DNA of 64,000 nt from the human T2T-CHM13v2.0 reference genome, Homo sapiens: NCBI RefSeq assembly GCF_009914755.1, contig NC_060927.1. One strand, given 5' to 3'. How positions within the stretch are numbered: the first letter of the stretch is position 1; each line of letters begins with the position of its first letter. Below the pieces are notes generated by a model. The model searched no databases. It was not told the origin of the DNA and was given only the letters and a program-made list of their open reading frames with translations. Made by a program: the position numbers and the translations under genes. Positions 1 through 12,918 of the stretch are shown one piece after another.

Positions 1-934
1 TTCAGTTAATATACTCTTTCAACCATCAGAAGTCCATTCAGCACTTCACAGCTACACAATAGTGGTAAAAGTATTTCCTTAATCCATAGTCCCATTACTT
101 AAAAAATATGCAAAAAATCAAAATTTTAGTTTTTTTAATGCAACTTTACTTCTTACAAAAATGTCTCAGTGAATGCAAAGGTTTTGCTTGAGGGGCTGGG
201 TAGAAGGAATGCTGATGGAAAGGTTTGGAGAACCACTACCAAAACTATATGGTGAGCCATGTGGACACTGGGACTTATGAAGTTAGTTGAAATTTCCTTG
301 GAATTATCCCTTTTCATTTTTAGGTATTGAAAGGTAAATTATTAAAGCATTTTTTCTTTTTAATGAGTAAGTTTTCTTTATCTTTCTTCAAAAGGGGAAA
401 GTCAATGGTAGAGTTAATCTGAAGTGGCAGATTTTGCAGCTCTTAAAAATTTACTCTCAGAGGAATAACCTGTATATGCTGACCATAATCTGTCTGAAAT
501 ACTGGGAGATCAGAAATTTTGGGAATTAACAATAAAAAAACATTTAATTGCCCCATCCAAGCCCTCTGTGTAAGCACCTCCCCATAAGCAATTTCCATTC
601 CATGTAGACAGAAAATGATCCATTATAAATTATCCAAGAGCTGATGGATTTTTCCAATTAATATAGTATCCCTTTAATTCCATGTTAACTTCTGTGCATC
701 AAACCTTCCCTTATATTTCAGAAATCGGGACTATTTCTTTCCACTTGCCAGTATTTTAAAATAAAAAGACTCTTTAGTCAATTTTGTTAAGGGCTCACAC
801 ATTCTCTTCCGAGTAGTGAACAGTACCGTGGAACATTTCCCATTGATGAGATCGGTAATTATTGCTGAGTAAAAGAAAAAACAGATTAGAATGATGATAC
901 TAGTATCTGAAAAGTTAAAAGAAAAAGATAAGCA

Positions 935-1160
935 TGATCTTTCCATTTTGGCACTTTTGACATTTGGGGTGGGATAATTCCTTGTTGTGTGCGGATGTCC
1001 TGTACTCTGCAGAATGTTTAGCAGCATCCATGGCTTCTGCCCACTAGATGCCAGTAGCAGTTTCTCCTCTAGTTATGACAGCCAAAAATATCTCCAGACA
1101 GAGCCAAACATCCTCTCAAAGGACACAATTGCCTCCTTCCCCTCTCTTCATTAAAAGCCA
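935..1160 (+). mobile_element. MER20-like hAT-Charlie DNA transposon remnant
   Basis: GGCACTTTTGACATTTGGGG...GATAATTC...TGTTTAGCAGCATCC...CCCACTAGATGCCAGTAGCA matches recalled MER20 consensus. Confidence 0.8.
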
Positions 1161-3422
1161 CTTGGGTAAAATAAGAACTAACAGGAATAATAAAAATTGC
1201 ACCCTCAAGAATGCCAGTCTTCAAATAATGGGAGTAGATCACCTGTTTATTATAAATCTAGTAGATTGAAGCCTAATATATCTTCCCAGCCACTGCTCTC
1301 CTAGATGCTTCTCTACTTTTTTAGGTGTATTATGGATTGTTTAGCACGCATAGAAGATATATATTTTGTTAACCTGTGTTATGGAATGGAACTGGTGTTA
1401 AGTTTATGGGTTGAGATTCTGAAATTCTTAGTACTTCACTAAAAAATGGGAGTAATTATGTAAGGACTTGGATGGCCCATGTAATGCTGCCTGGTTTATT
1501 CCTTGGAAGAAACCTGACAGACTAAATAGGCAGCATTATCCATATGTCCATGGTGATCCAAGGAAGTCCGATATTACATAAAAGTCATTCTGGTAGTGTC
1601 ATCCCCATTCTCTGTTTTCCTTAGTTCTCAACTGCTGGGAAGGGAGGCAAGGGTTTCAGAATAAAGAGAATGTAAGTGTCGGATGTAAAACCTGGAAGAT
1701 TTATTCAAGATAGCAGTGAACTCTAGCTGTGTTAGCCTTTAGGACGTTGCCTTGCATACACTAAGGGCACCACTTTTTCCCTGTAATTCATTCATCTGCT
1801 CATTACTCCCAGTCAGTACGTGAGCAAATCCTTGCCCTATCCATCGCCAGGGATTTAAAGAATAAAGGTCATTAGAATATTTGGCTTCCCTGGCTACTGA
1901 AACTGGTGCAGATATTAGCTGATGACTCAAAGGATATTCAATGGCAAACAATCTCATGTCTTTTTTGGGACCAATTGGAAGCAGAATTTTTACTAGAATT
2001 GGGAACAGAATAGGATAATATTTGGAGGGTCTAGAAACCACGACAGAGGGATGGAGCAGATTCTGCATGAAATTATTCAAAACTCTGGAGCCAGATGGGT
2101 TTGAAAGTAGCTGAACTCTTGAATGTTTCTGTTCAAGAAGTAATTAACTCCCTCTTGTTACTCAAGCAATGAAAGTCTGATTTATTATTTCGCTTGCAAC
2201 CCAGGGTCCTCACTAATAAGGATACAACTAGTCTCACGCCCACCATCCTCTCTTACAGTTATGGAACTGAGTATTAATGATTTGTCCAGAATCATGCTTT
2301 TCTGATCACTATCTTGTATAATTTAAGCTTAATCTGTATTCTAATTTGGGTTTTTTCCTTGATGCCCAGCTGTAAATTGAACTGGTTTATTATTTGGTTT
2401 GCATAACACCCAACAACTAGTGTTAATTATTTTTCATTTACTAATTACCTAAATTGATTAGATATACAGACTCTCTCGAAACTCTGGCTTGCATTATTTG
2501 TCTGTCACTTCGTTCAGATTGAAGTTGTTATGTTGAGACACAAATATGCAAAAAAAGGGTAGTATAACTAAGTATAAATGATTAATCCCAGTGCTTCTTA
2601 TTGATTCATGCTCTTAAATCTGATGCTGATTATCCTATTTATTGAGCTATTTAAATACCTATTGGAGTCCTAAAAGGTTTGTCACAGGACAGACCCACAG
2701 TCATAATTTTTATTGTGATTCCAGCACAAAACAACTTTTTATTTTTTAGGTAATTGTTTTTCTCCTTTCTATTTTTCCATGGGCACTATAAATCATAGAG
2801 TTTATTAGACATTTGCATCATTTTTGTTATGACAAATGTAAAGCACAATTAGAATATAGTAGCATCAATATGTTTATACAGATGTGAAGGTAAACTCATC
2901 AACATTCATTCCATATGTCTGTAATCTAGCTTTTTCTTTTATTGTCAAACCAAATAATTTTAAATTAGGGTAATTTTTACCAGTATCTTTTATACTTCTA
3001 TGTGCAGATGTATAAGAAAATAACCTACGTTGTCACCGAAGTTGATGGTTATAGAGTTTTGGTTACTCTGTGTTGCTAAGGATGACAGAAATATAGAACA
3101 CAGTCTACCTGTTTATGGGAAATGATTGTTGTGACCAATAATGGAAATGGTTTAATGTGATTCTGATGGGTTTGTATAAATCTCTGATCCAACACATTCA
3201 CCACTAAAACTAGAGAAATTTTACAACACTGAAATCTAAAACCAAATGAGGATGTACCTAACTATGCCTTAAACTAGGATGGCCTGAGAAAACATGAATA
3301 AGTAATTTAAAAAATCGCTTTACTGAAGTGAGGGGAGTGGCGCAGGACTCTGAAAAACTTTAAGGTTTGACTTTACACTGATATTAGCCTTCCTGGAGAT
3401 TATAAACCCCAGCGTCTCTGAC

Positions 3423-3470
3423 GGCAAGACAAATTTCACATCATGGCAAGACAAATTTCACATCATGGCA
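3423..3470. repeat. Perfect 22-bp tandem duplication (GGCAAGACAAATTTCACATCAT x2 plus GGCA)
   Basis: Read directly: 3423-3444 equals 3445-3466. Confidence 0.95.
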
Positions 3471-3599
3471 GAAAAGTATCTGCTGGCCTTCAGAAATAGC
3501 AGCATAGTCAGAAATCCTGAATATCATCCCAGATTGTGTTAGCTTTGTCCTTCTTAAGATTCTTTTGGCTGTTTTCGATACTTTTATTTTCATATAAAT

Positions 3600-5870
3600 T
3601 TTAAAATTATGTCTTAATTTAGGAACAAGGTATTGCTAAGTGAGTAAGGGGAGAAAGAAGGTTTGGTACCTATAGATTATGGGGACACAAGTGAGAGAAG
3701 AGGAAACCTGTCAGAGAAGGAACATCTTTGCTGGATACAGATAAAACCAGTAAAGCATTTGATGAACCTGAGGGCTGGCATGTTGATTTGAACATGAAGG
3801 AGCCCAAATGCAAAGATAATCTTCACTGCCAAGTGTTTTACCTGGGAATTTTGCTGAATCAGCATAGGCTGAGCGCCCCCCTCCCCCACTCACCCGTTTC
3901 AGTCCTGGGGCCATCACTGTTCACTTAGCCAATCCAGAGGTCTCTGTGGGTCAAACCAGTCTGATGAAGGTATGGACTCCACTGTCCATTATGGTAACCA
4001 TGACCACTTAGTCTTGGGCAGTTGTGTTACCACTTGGGCCCAGAAACCTTCTATTTCTGTAGAAATCATGGCAGCAGTTCACCCTACCATTTCTGGACAA
4101 TAAGGAATAACCACTACAGGATGCTGTACTCCCCTCATCTATGTAAATCTCAACTCCTGGGTGAAGGAAGCATCTGCAGACCCTCTGGAGAGACATGAGT
4201 AGAGGATGGGTGAGAAAGTCTTGCCCAATAAATCCAATTGAGCATTTCAAGTAGTGTAAATCTTTGTATAGTAAAGAAGTTCTGGCATTTCAGTTTATTT
4301 CAGTGTAAGCACCTGGGACCCCACTACAGACAGAGCCCACTCCCAGCCACTTAAGATGACACATCACAGGAACACAAAATCTCATTTTAGTGTAAGGATA
4401 TTAAAACACTTAGTCCAATGAAGCATTTGATTCCTTTCACCTTGATCCCACATCCTCAGATATCATTCCAATTAATACTCTCCAGGTTTATGTTGCTACG
4501 AATTGGTAACATCTTGCAATTCCTTTGGACACATAACATACAGCATTTTCTTAAGGGTCACAATGTGTAACTGATCCCTTAGGAACTTCTAGGAGTTGGA
4601 TATGATTTTAGGTGTACATTCAATGAGAGGTAGTATGTGGGAAGTGGGAGTGAAATTTAAAAAAGTTCGGCTATCCCCCACAGTGCAACAAACTCATGAA
4701 AAAACATTCTTCAGGTAAAGTGAGATCTACCTCCTCAGACAGGGGTAAAAGGGCTACTTCTGCTGGCAAAGAAGGTTGGTTGGATTTAGGAGTCCAAGTT
4801 CCTCAGTTTCATCAGAATCTGCTCAACATCTTCATCCCAATTTTCAGAATCCCACTCCTTTCTGCTGACTGTCCTGACATTAGAGAGTCTGTGAAGTTAT
4901 GGATTCAAGGTGCACTATAATTTAGCCATCTACAGAATCAAATTTTAGTTGACAGAAAGTACAGATGTTTTGTTCCCTTATCTGATCCCTAAACTGGGTA
5001 TGTAAATTTCTAAGCACATCATTTCATTTCCCTAGTTTCTGTGAAACACTTAGGCATATAAAACCAACCCCATTATAATTCTAATCTTTACTAAAATAGT
5101 CTATGACAATAAGTACTTTGCCTTTTTAAATAACTTGATTATAGATGATGATATAATAAATTATTTTGTCAGTTTATACTACGGGCTACCAGTATCTCCT
5201 TTTCCTCTAGCAATGAGGTGCTTCATGCCTTTAAATGTTTAGTCAAATTAAATAGATAATTCCAGGTCCCAGCTTTAAGGTTTGCAAAACTTAACTGCTT
5301 TTTTGTACCAATAAATGGTCACATTTCAATCAGAAAAACAAAACTACTGTGAGTGCAGTGGAATAAGGAATTAATTATAGAAATTCAGCTTTGCATTATT
5401 GTCAGAGAAATTAGAGAATCCAAAGTCCAAATGCAGGAGTTGAAGGATCAGAGATAAATCACTATCCAGGCTTGAAGCGTCTGAACAAATCAGAGCTTGC
5501 AGGAAAATTTGGAAGCTGTGTGTGTCTAGCTTTTGGAAGAGTTCCAAGAAAAAGGATGGTGTAAGTCTATGAAAGGCTGCTCACTCTTTGGCTATAGTCT
5601 CTCCAGTGGGGAGCAAGGCAGTTGCTGTTGATGAGTAGGACCAGCAGCAGGAAGAGGAGCTACATGCAGAGTGAGGAAGAGGGAAGACATGCTGGAAACT
5701 GCCTGTAATTCTGCATTTGTCTCCTATAGCCCTTAACCAATGACAGTCTTCAGAGTGTAACATAATCTTATCCAACTTCACTTTTGGCTATTTCTAACTT
5801 GGATCATACCTAGCAAAGTTCATTCCAGGAAATGTAGTTTCCAATATAATCACGATAAAAATACCACAAT
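3600..5870 (-). mobile_element. Old, highly degraded ERVL/MaLR-class remnant (internal region plus LTR-like part ~5330-5870)
   Basis: TTCCAGGAAATGTAGTTT near 5823-5840 is the reverse complement of the AAACTACATTTCC motif of ERVL-type LTR 5' ends; internal region only loosely recognisable; boundaries approximate. Confidence 0.4.
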
Positions 5871-6310
5871 CCACCATACAACACAATGTACCCCTTTTAT
5901 AAGAAAAGAAGTCTATACAATGGTTTAAAAAGTGATCTCTTGTATAGGACTACGTAGGGTTGGATATCACTCTTTTACTTAGTAAGCATGTAATCGTGGA
6001 CATGCTTGAAGACCTCTTTTGCTCAGTTTCCTTATCTGAAAAGCAGGGATGAAGATAACATCTGCTAAGGCTTGTATTTTCAGTTCTCTCATATAAAATG
6101 CTTCAAAGTAATCAGTACCATCCACAAAAATGAAAAGCTGAACAAACTGAAAATCAACTACTTTTCTTAGATCCGTCAGAGAATTGAGGTATTAGGGCAA
6201 ACGAGCACTCTGATACCTGAAGAAACATTATAGATTAAAGAATGATCCCCCCTCCCAAGCACCTTGCTATCAACACATCAATAGGCCATTTGTTATTACT
6301 ACTTAATAAC

Positions 6311-6767
6311 TGTCAGGCCTCTGAGCCCAAGCCAAGCCATCACATCTCCTGTGACTTGCACGTATACACCCAGATGGCCTGAAGTAACTGAAGAATCACA
6401 AAAGAAGTGAATATGCCCTGCCCCGCCTTAACTGATGACATTACACCACAAAAGAAGTGAAAATTGCCTGTCCTTGCCTATTACCTTGTGAAAGTCCTTT
6501 TCCTGGCTCATCCTGGCTCAAAAAGCTACCCCACTGAGCACCTTGCGACCCCCACTCCTGCCCGCCAGAGAACAAACCCCCTTTGACTGTAATTTTCCTT
6601 TACCTACCCAAATCTTATAAAACAGCCCCACCCCTATCTCCCTTCGCTGGGAGATATCTTCCCTCTCTCTCTTTTTGAACTCAGCCCGCCTGCACTCAGA
6701 TGATTAAAAGCTTTTATTGCTCACACAAAGCCTGTTTGGTGATCTCTTCACAGGGACACGCATGAAA
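6311..6767 (+). mobile_element. LTR7 (HERV-H 5' LTR), LTR7up-like
   Basis: Starts TGTCAGGCCTCTGAGCCCAAGCC, ends CATGAAA; two CACAAAAGAAGTGAA blocks; TATA-like TTATAAAA 6615-6622; CCCCACCCC GT-box 6626-6634; ATTAAA 6703-6708. Confidence 0.95.
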
Positions 6768-6769
6768 TT

Positions 6770-6787
6770 TGGTGCCATGACTCGGAT
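6770..6787 (+). promoter_or_regulatory. tRNA-His primer binding site of HERV-H
   Basis: TGGTGCCATGACTCGGAT, one mismatch from TGGTGCCGTGACTCGGAT, directly after the LTR. Confidence 0.92.
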
Positions 6788-6910
6788 CAGGGCACCTCCC
6801 TTGGGAGATCAATCCCTTGTCCTCCTGCTCTTTGCTCGGTGAGAAAGATCCACCTACGACCTCAGGTCCTCAGACCAACCAGCCCAAGAAACATCACACC
6901 AATTTCAAAT

Positions 6911-6919
6911 CCGGTAAGC
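6911..6919 (+). promoter_or_regulatory. HERV-H major splice donor (CCG|GTAAGC)
   Basis: AATTTCAAATCCG|GTAAGC ~150 nt after the LTR, the known HERV-H leader donor position. Confidence 0.8.
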
Positions 6920-7374
6920 GGCCTCTTTTTACTCTCTTCTCCAACCTCCCTCACTATCCCTCAACCTCTTTCTCCTTTCAATCTTGGCGCCACACTTCAA
7001 TCTCTCCCTTCTTTTAATTTCAATTCCTTTCATTTTCTGGTAGAGACAAAGGAGACACATTTTATCCGTGGACCCAAAACTCTGGCGCCGGTCATGGACT
7101 GGGAAGGCAGCCTTCCCTTGGTGTTTCATCATTGCAGGGACGCCTCTGATTATTCACCCATGTTTCAGAGGTGTCAGACCATGCAGGGACACCTGGCTTG
7201 GTCCTTCACCCTTAGCGGCAAGTCCTGCTTTTCTGGGGGAGGGGCAAGTACCCAAACCCCTTCTCTCCGTGTCTCTACCCCTTCTCCACCTTTCTGGGGG
7301 GCAAGAAACCCCCAACCCCTTCTAATTCACTCTTAGCGGCAAGTCCCGCTTTTGTAGGGGAAGGGCAAGTACCC

Positions 7375-7545
7375 CAACCTCCTATCTCTGTGCCTCGATC
7401 CCTTAATTCCGTGCCCCGACCTCTTATCTCTGTGCCCCAATCCCTTATTTCTGTGCCCTGACCTCTTATCTCTGTGCCCCATCCCTTATTTCCATGCCCT
7501 GACCTCTTATCTCTGCACCCCAACCCCTTGTTTCCATGCCTCAAC
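7375..7545 (+). repeat. ~22-bp tandem repeat in the HERV-H leader/pre-gag (CTTATYTCTGTGCCCCRAYC-like units)
   Basis: About 7-8 imperfect units; they generate the GTEIR-repeat antisense ORF 7275-7556. Confidence 0.85.
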
Positions 7546-9325
7546 CCCTTTCCCACTTTTCAGGAGGGTAAGAACCCCCAAACCCCTTCCCTCCGTGTCT
7601 CTACTCTCTCTTTTCTCTGAGCTTGCTTCCTTCACTATGGGCAACCTTCCACCCTCCATTCCTCCTTTTTCTCCCTTAGCCTGTGTTCTCAAAAACTTAA
7701 AAGCTCTTCAACTCACATCTGACCTAAAACCTAAATGCCTTATTTTCTTCTGCAATGCTGCTTGACCCCAATACAAACTCAACAGTAGTTCCAAATAGCC
7801 AGAAAATGGCACTTTCAATTTTTCCATCCTGCAAGATCTAAATAATTCTTGTCATAAAACAGGCAAACGGTCTGAGGTGCCTGACATCCAGGCATTCTTT
7901 TACACATCGGTCCCTTCCTAGTCTCTGTGCCCAATGCAACTTGTCCCAAATCTTCCTTCTTCCCTCCTGCCTGTCCCCTCAGTCCCAACCCCAAGCATCG
8001 CTAACTCTTTCTAATCTTCCTTTTCTATAGACCCATCTGAAATCTCCCCTCCTCCCCAGGCTGCTCCTCGCCAGGCTGAGCTAGGTCCCAATTCTTCCTC
8101 AGCCTCCGCTCCTCCACCCTATAATATTTTTATCACCTCCCCTCCTCACACCTGGTACGGTTTACAGTTTCATTCCGTGACTAGCCCTCCCCCACCTGCC
8201 CAGCAATTTCCTCTTAAAAAGATGGCTGAAGCTAAAGGCATAGTCAAGGTTAATGCTCCTTTTTCCTTATCCCAAATCAGTGAGCATTTAGGCTCTTTCA
8301 TCAAATATGAAAAACCCAGCCCAGTTCATGACTTGTTTGGCAACAACCCTGAGACGCTTTACAGCCCTAGACCCTAAAAGGTCAAAAGGCCGTCTTATTC
8401 TCAATATACATTTTATTACCCAATCTGCTCCCGACATTAAATAAAACTCCAAAAATTAAATTCCAGCCCTCAAACCCCACAACAGGACTTAATTAACCTC
8501 ACCTTCAAGGTGTACAATAATAGAGTAGAGGCAGCCAAGTAGCAATGTATTCCTGAGTTGCAATAACTTGCCTCCACTGTGAGACAAACCCCAGCCACAT
8601 CTCCAGCACACAAGAACTCCAAACGCCTCAACTGCAGCTGCCAGGGGTTCCTCCAGAACCTCCTCCCCCAGGAGCTTGCTACAAGTGCTGGAAATCTGGC
8701 CACTGGGCCAAGGAATGCCCACAGCCCAGGATTCCTCCTAAGCCATATCCCATCTGTGTGGCACCCCACTGAAAATCAGACTGTTCAACTCACCTGGCAG
8801 CCATTCCCAGAGCCCCTGGAACTCTGGCCCAGGGCTCTCTGACTCCTTCCCAGATCTTCTCGGCTTAGCAGCTGAAGACTGACACTGCCCGATTGCCTCA
8901 GAAGCCCCATAGACCATCACAGATGCCGAGCTTTAGGTAATTCTCACAGGGAGGGTACGTCCGTCCCCTTCTTAGCCAATACGGAGGCTACCCACTCCAC
9001 ATTACCTTCTTTTCAAGGGCCTGTTTCCCTTGCCTCCATAACTGTTGTGGGTATTGGCGGCCAGGCTTCTAAACCTCTTAAAACTCCCCAACTCTAGTGG
9101 CAACTTAGACAATGCTCTTTTAAGCACTCCTTTTTAGTTATCCCCACCTGCCCAGTTCCCTTATTAGGCTGAGACACTTTAACTAAATTATCTGCTTCCC
9201 TGACTATTCCTGGACCACAGCTGCATCTCATTGCCGCCCTTCTTCCCAATCCAAAGCCTCCTTTGCGTCCTCCTCTTGTATCCCCCGACCTTAACCCACA
9301 AGTATAAGATACCTCTACTCCCCCC

Positions 9326-9718
9326 TTGGTGACTGATCACGCACCCCTTACCATCTCATTAAAACCTAATCACCCTTACCCCGCTCAATGCCAAGATCCC
9401 ATCCCACAGCACGCTTTAAAAGGATTAAAGCCTATTATCACTAGCCTGCTACAGCATGGTCTTTTAAAGCCTATAAACTCTCCTTACAATTCCCCCATTT
9501 TACCTGTCCTAGAACCAGACAAGTCTTACAGGTTAGTTCAGGATCTGTGCCTTATCAACCAAATTGTTTTGCCTATCCACCCCATGGTGCCAAACCCATA
9601 TACTGTCCTATCATCAATACCTCCCTCTACAACCCACTATTCCGTTCTGGATCTCAAACATGCTTTCTTTACTATTCCTTTGCACCTGTCATCCCAGCCT
9701 TTCTTCACTTTCACTTAG
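9326..9718 (+). pseudogene. HERV-H pol reverse transcriptase fragment (non-functional)
   Basis: RT motifs present but bounded by stops; the YXDD region is missing downstream. Confidence 0.85.
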
Positions 9719-11978
9719 ACTGACCCTGACACCCATTAGGCTCAGCAAATAACCTGGGCCGTACTGCCGCAAGGCTTCACAGACAGCCCCCATTACTTCA
9801 GTCAAGCTCAAATTTCATCCTCATCTGTTACCTATCTGGGCATAATTCTCATAAAAACACACGTGCTTTCCCTGCTGATCGGGTCCGACTAATCTCCCAA
9901 ACCTCAATCCCTTACAAAACAACAACTTCTTTCCTTCCTAGGCATGGTTAGTGTGGTCAGAATTCTTACACAAAAGCCAGGACTGCACCCTGTAGCCTTT
10001 CTGTGCAAACAACTTGACCTTACTGTTTTAGCCTAGCCCTCATGTCTGCGTGCAGTGGCTGCCTCTGCTTTAATACTTTTAGAGGCCCTAAAAATCACAA
10101 ACTATTCTCAACTCACTCCCTACATTTCTCATAACTTCCAAAATCTATTTTCTTCCTCATACCTGACGCATATACTTTCTGCTCCCCCGCTCCTTCAGCT
10201 GAACTCACTCTTTCTTAGGTCCCACGATTACCTTTGTTCCTGGCCCGGACTTCAATCTGGCCTGCCACATTATTCCTGATACCACACCTGACCCCCATGA
10301 CTGTATCTCTCTGATCCACCTGACATTCACCCCATTTTCCCATATTTCCTTCTTTCCTGTTCCTCACCCTGATCATGCTTGATTTATTGATGGCGGTTCC
10401 ACCAGGCCTAATTGCCACACACCAGCAAAGGCAGGCTACGCTATAGTACAAGCCACTAGCCCGCCTCTTAGAACCTCTCATTTCCTTTCCATTGTGGAAA
10501 TCTATCCTCAAGGAAATAACTTCTCAGTGTTCCATCTGCTATTCTACTACTCCCCAGGGATTATTCAGGCTCCCCTCCCTTCCCTACACACCAAGCTCGA
10601 GGATTTGCCCCAACCCAGGACTGGCAAATTAGCTTTACTCAACATGCCCCAAGTCAGATAACTAAAATACCTCTTAGTCTAGGTAGACACTTTCACTGGA
10701 TAGGTAGAGTCCTTTCCTACAGGGTCTGAGAAGGCCACTGCAGTCATTTCTTCCCTTCTGTCAGACATAATTCCTCAGTTCAGCCTTCCCACCTCTATAC
10801 AGTCTGATAACGGACCAGCCTTTACTAGTCAAATCACCAAGCAGTTTCTCAGGCTCTTGGTATTCAGTGGAAACTTCATATCCCTTACCATCCTCAATCT
10901 TCAGGAAAGGTAGAACGGACTAATGGTCTTTTAAAGACACACCTCACCAAGCTCAGCCTCCAACTTAAAAAGGATTGGACAGTACTTTTACCTCTTGCCC
11001 TTCTCAGAATTAGAGCCTGTCCACGAGATGCTACAGGGTACAGTCCATTTATATGGACGCAATTTCTTGCTTGGCCCCAACCTCATCCCAGACACCAGCC
11101 CTCTTGAGAGACTATCTTCCAGTCCTCCAACAGGCTAGACAGGAAATTCGCCAGGCTGCTAATCTTCTCTTGCCTACTCCAGATCCCCAGCCATATTAAG
11201 ACACCCTAGCTGGATGATCAGTTCTTGTTAAGAATCTGACCCCTGAAACTCTACAACCTCGATGGACCAGACCCTACTTAGTCATCTATAGTACCCCAAC
11301 TGCCGTCTGCCTGCAGGATCCTCCCCACTGGGTTCACTGTTCCAGAATAAAGCTGTGTCCATCGGACAGCCAGCCTAATCCCTCCTCTTCCTCCTGGAAG
11401 TCGCAAGTACTCTCCCCTACTTCCCTTAAGCTCACTCATATTTCTGAAGAACAGTAATAACCCTTATGAGCCTAATACATCCCTTCATTCTATTAGGTCT
11501 GTTCGTCCTTACCCTACTTTTTGCAACAGGGCTTTATGAAGTCACCCCCACCACTTAGGCCAAGCCCAAAAAAAACTTGTCATCCCTACTATTTTCTGTC
11601 TAGTCATACTCCTATTCTCCGTTCTCAACTGCTTATAAATGCCCTACTCTTGTTTACACTGCCGGTTTACACTGTTTCTTCAAGCCATCACAGCTGATAT
11701 CTCTTGGTGCTATCCCCAAACTGCCACTCTTAATTCCCTCTTAGAGTGGGTAGATGATCTTTGCTGGCAGGGCACCCTCCAATACTTCCACCCTGATGAA
11801 GTATGTATCCATTAAAAAATTAACCCCAAAAGCACAAAAAAGAAGAAATAATTAAGGACAATAAAAAGAACAGGGGTGAAAACAATAAGGAACCTGAAGC
11901 TGCTGGCACTTACAGCTATAGGAAATATTAAACATATCCTAACTCCTGTTAACCAGATTAAAATAAAAAACACAGTCT

Positions 11979-12350
<372 letters not shown>

Positions 12351-12470
12351 TTAAAATAACTATGGTCAATATGTTAAGCGTTCTAATAGAAAGTAGACAG
12401 CACACTAGGACAGGTGACTAATATAGGCAGAAAGATGAAAACTAAGAAAGCATCAAAAAGAAATGCTAGA

Positions 12471-12918
<448 letters not shown>

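Larger units (their letters stand above)
6768..11802 (+). mobile_element. HERV-H internal region (decayed gag-pro-pol, common deleted form), 3'-truncated with no 3' LTR
   Basis: Gag zinc knuckle CYKCWKSGHWAKEC (8677-8718); protease NTEATHS (~8977-8997); RT fragment PYNSPILPV/YRLVQDL/YSVLDLKHAFFTIPL (9326-9718); integrase remnants 10.6-11.1 kb; ends abruptly at CCCTGATGAAGT. Confidence 0.95.

Noticed and set aside
1739-2110. 113-aa minus ORF and a stop-poor opposite frame
   Set aside because: No recognisable domain or convincing splice boundaries; compatible with chance.
6839-7336. 165-aa ORF after LTR7
   Set aside because: HERV-H leader/pre-gag sequence common to many copies; no evidence of a specific protein.
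7375-7545. Array of ~22-bp repeats superficially like CRISPR
   Set aside because: No unique spacers; eukaryotic HERV-H tandem repeat. The LTR12 repeats at 15760-16000 are likewise not CRISPR.
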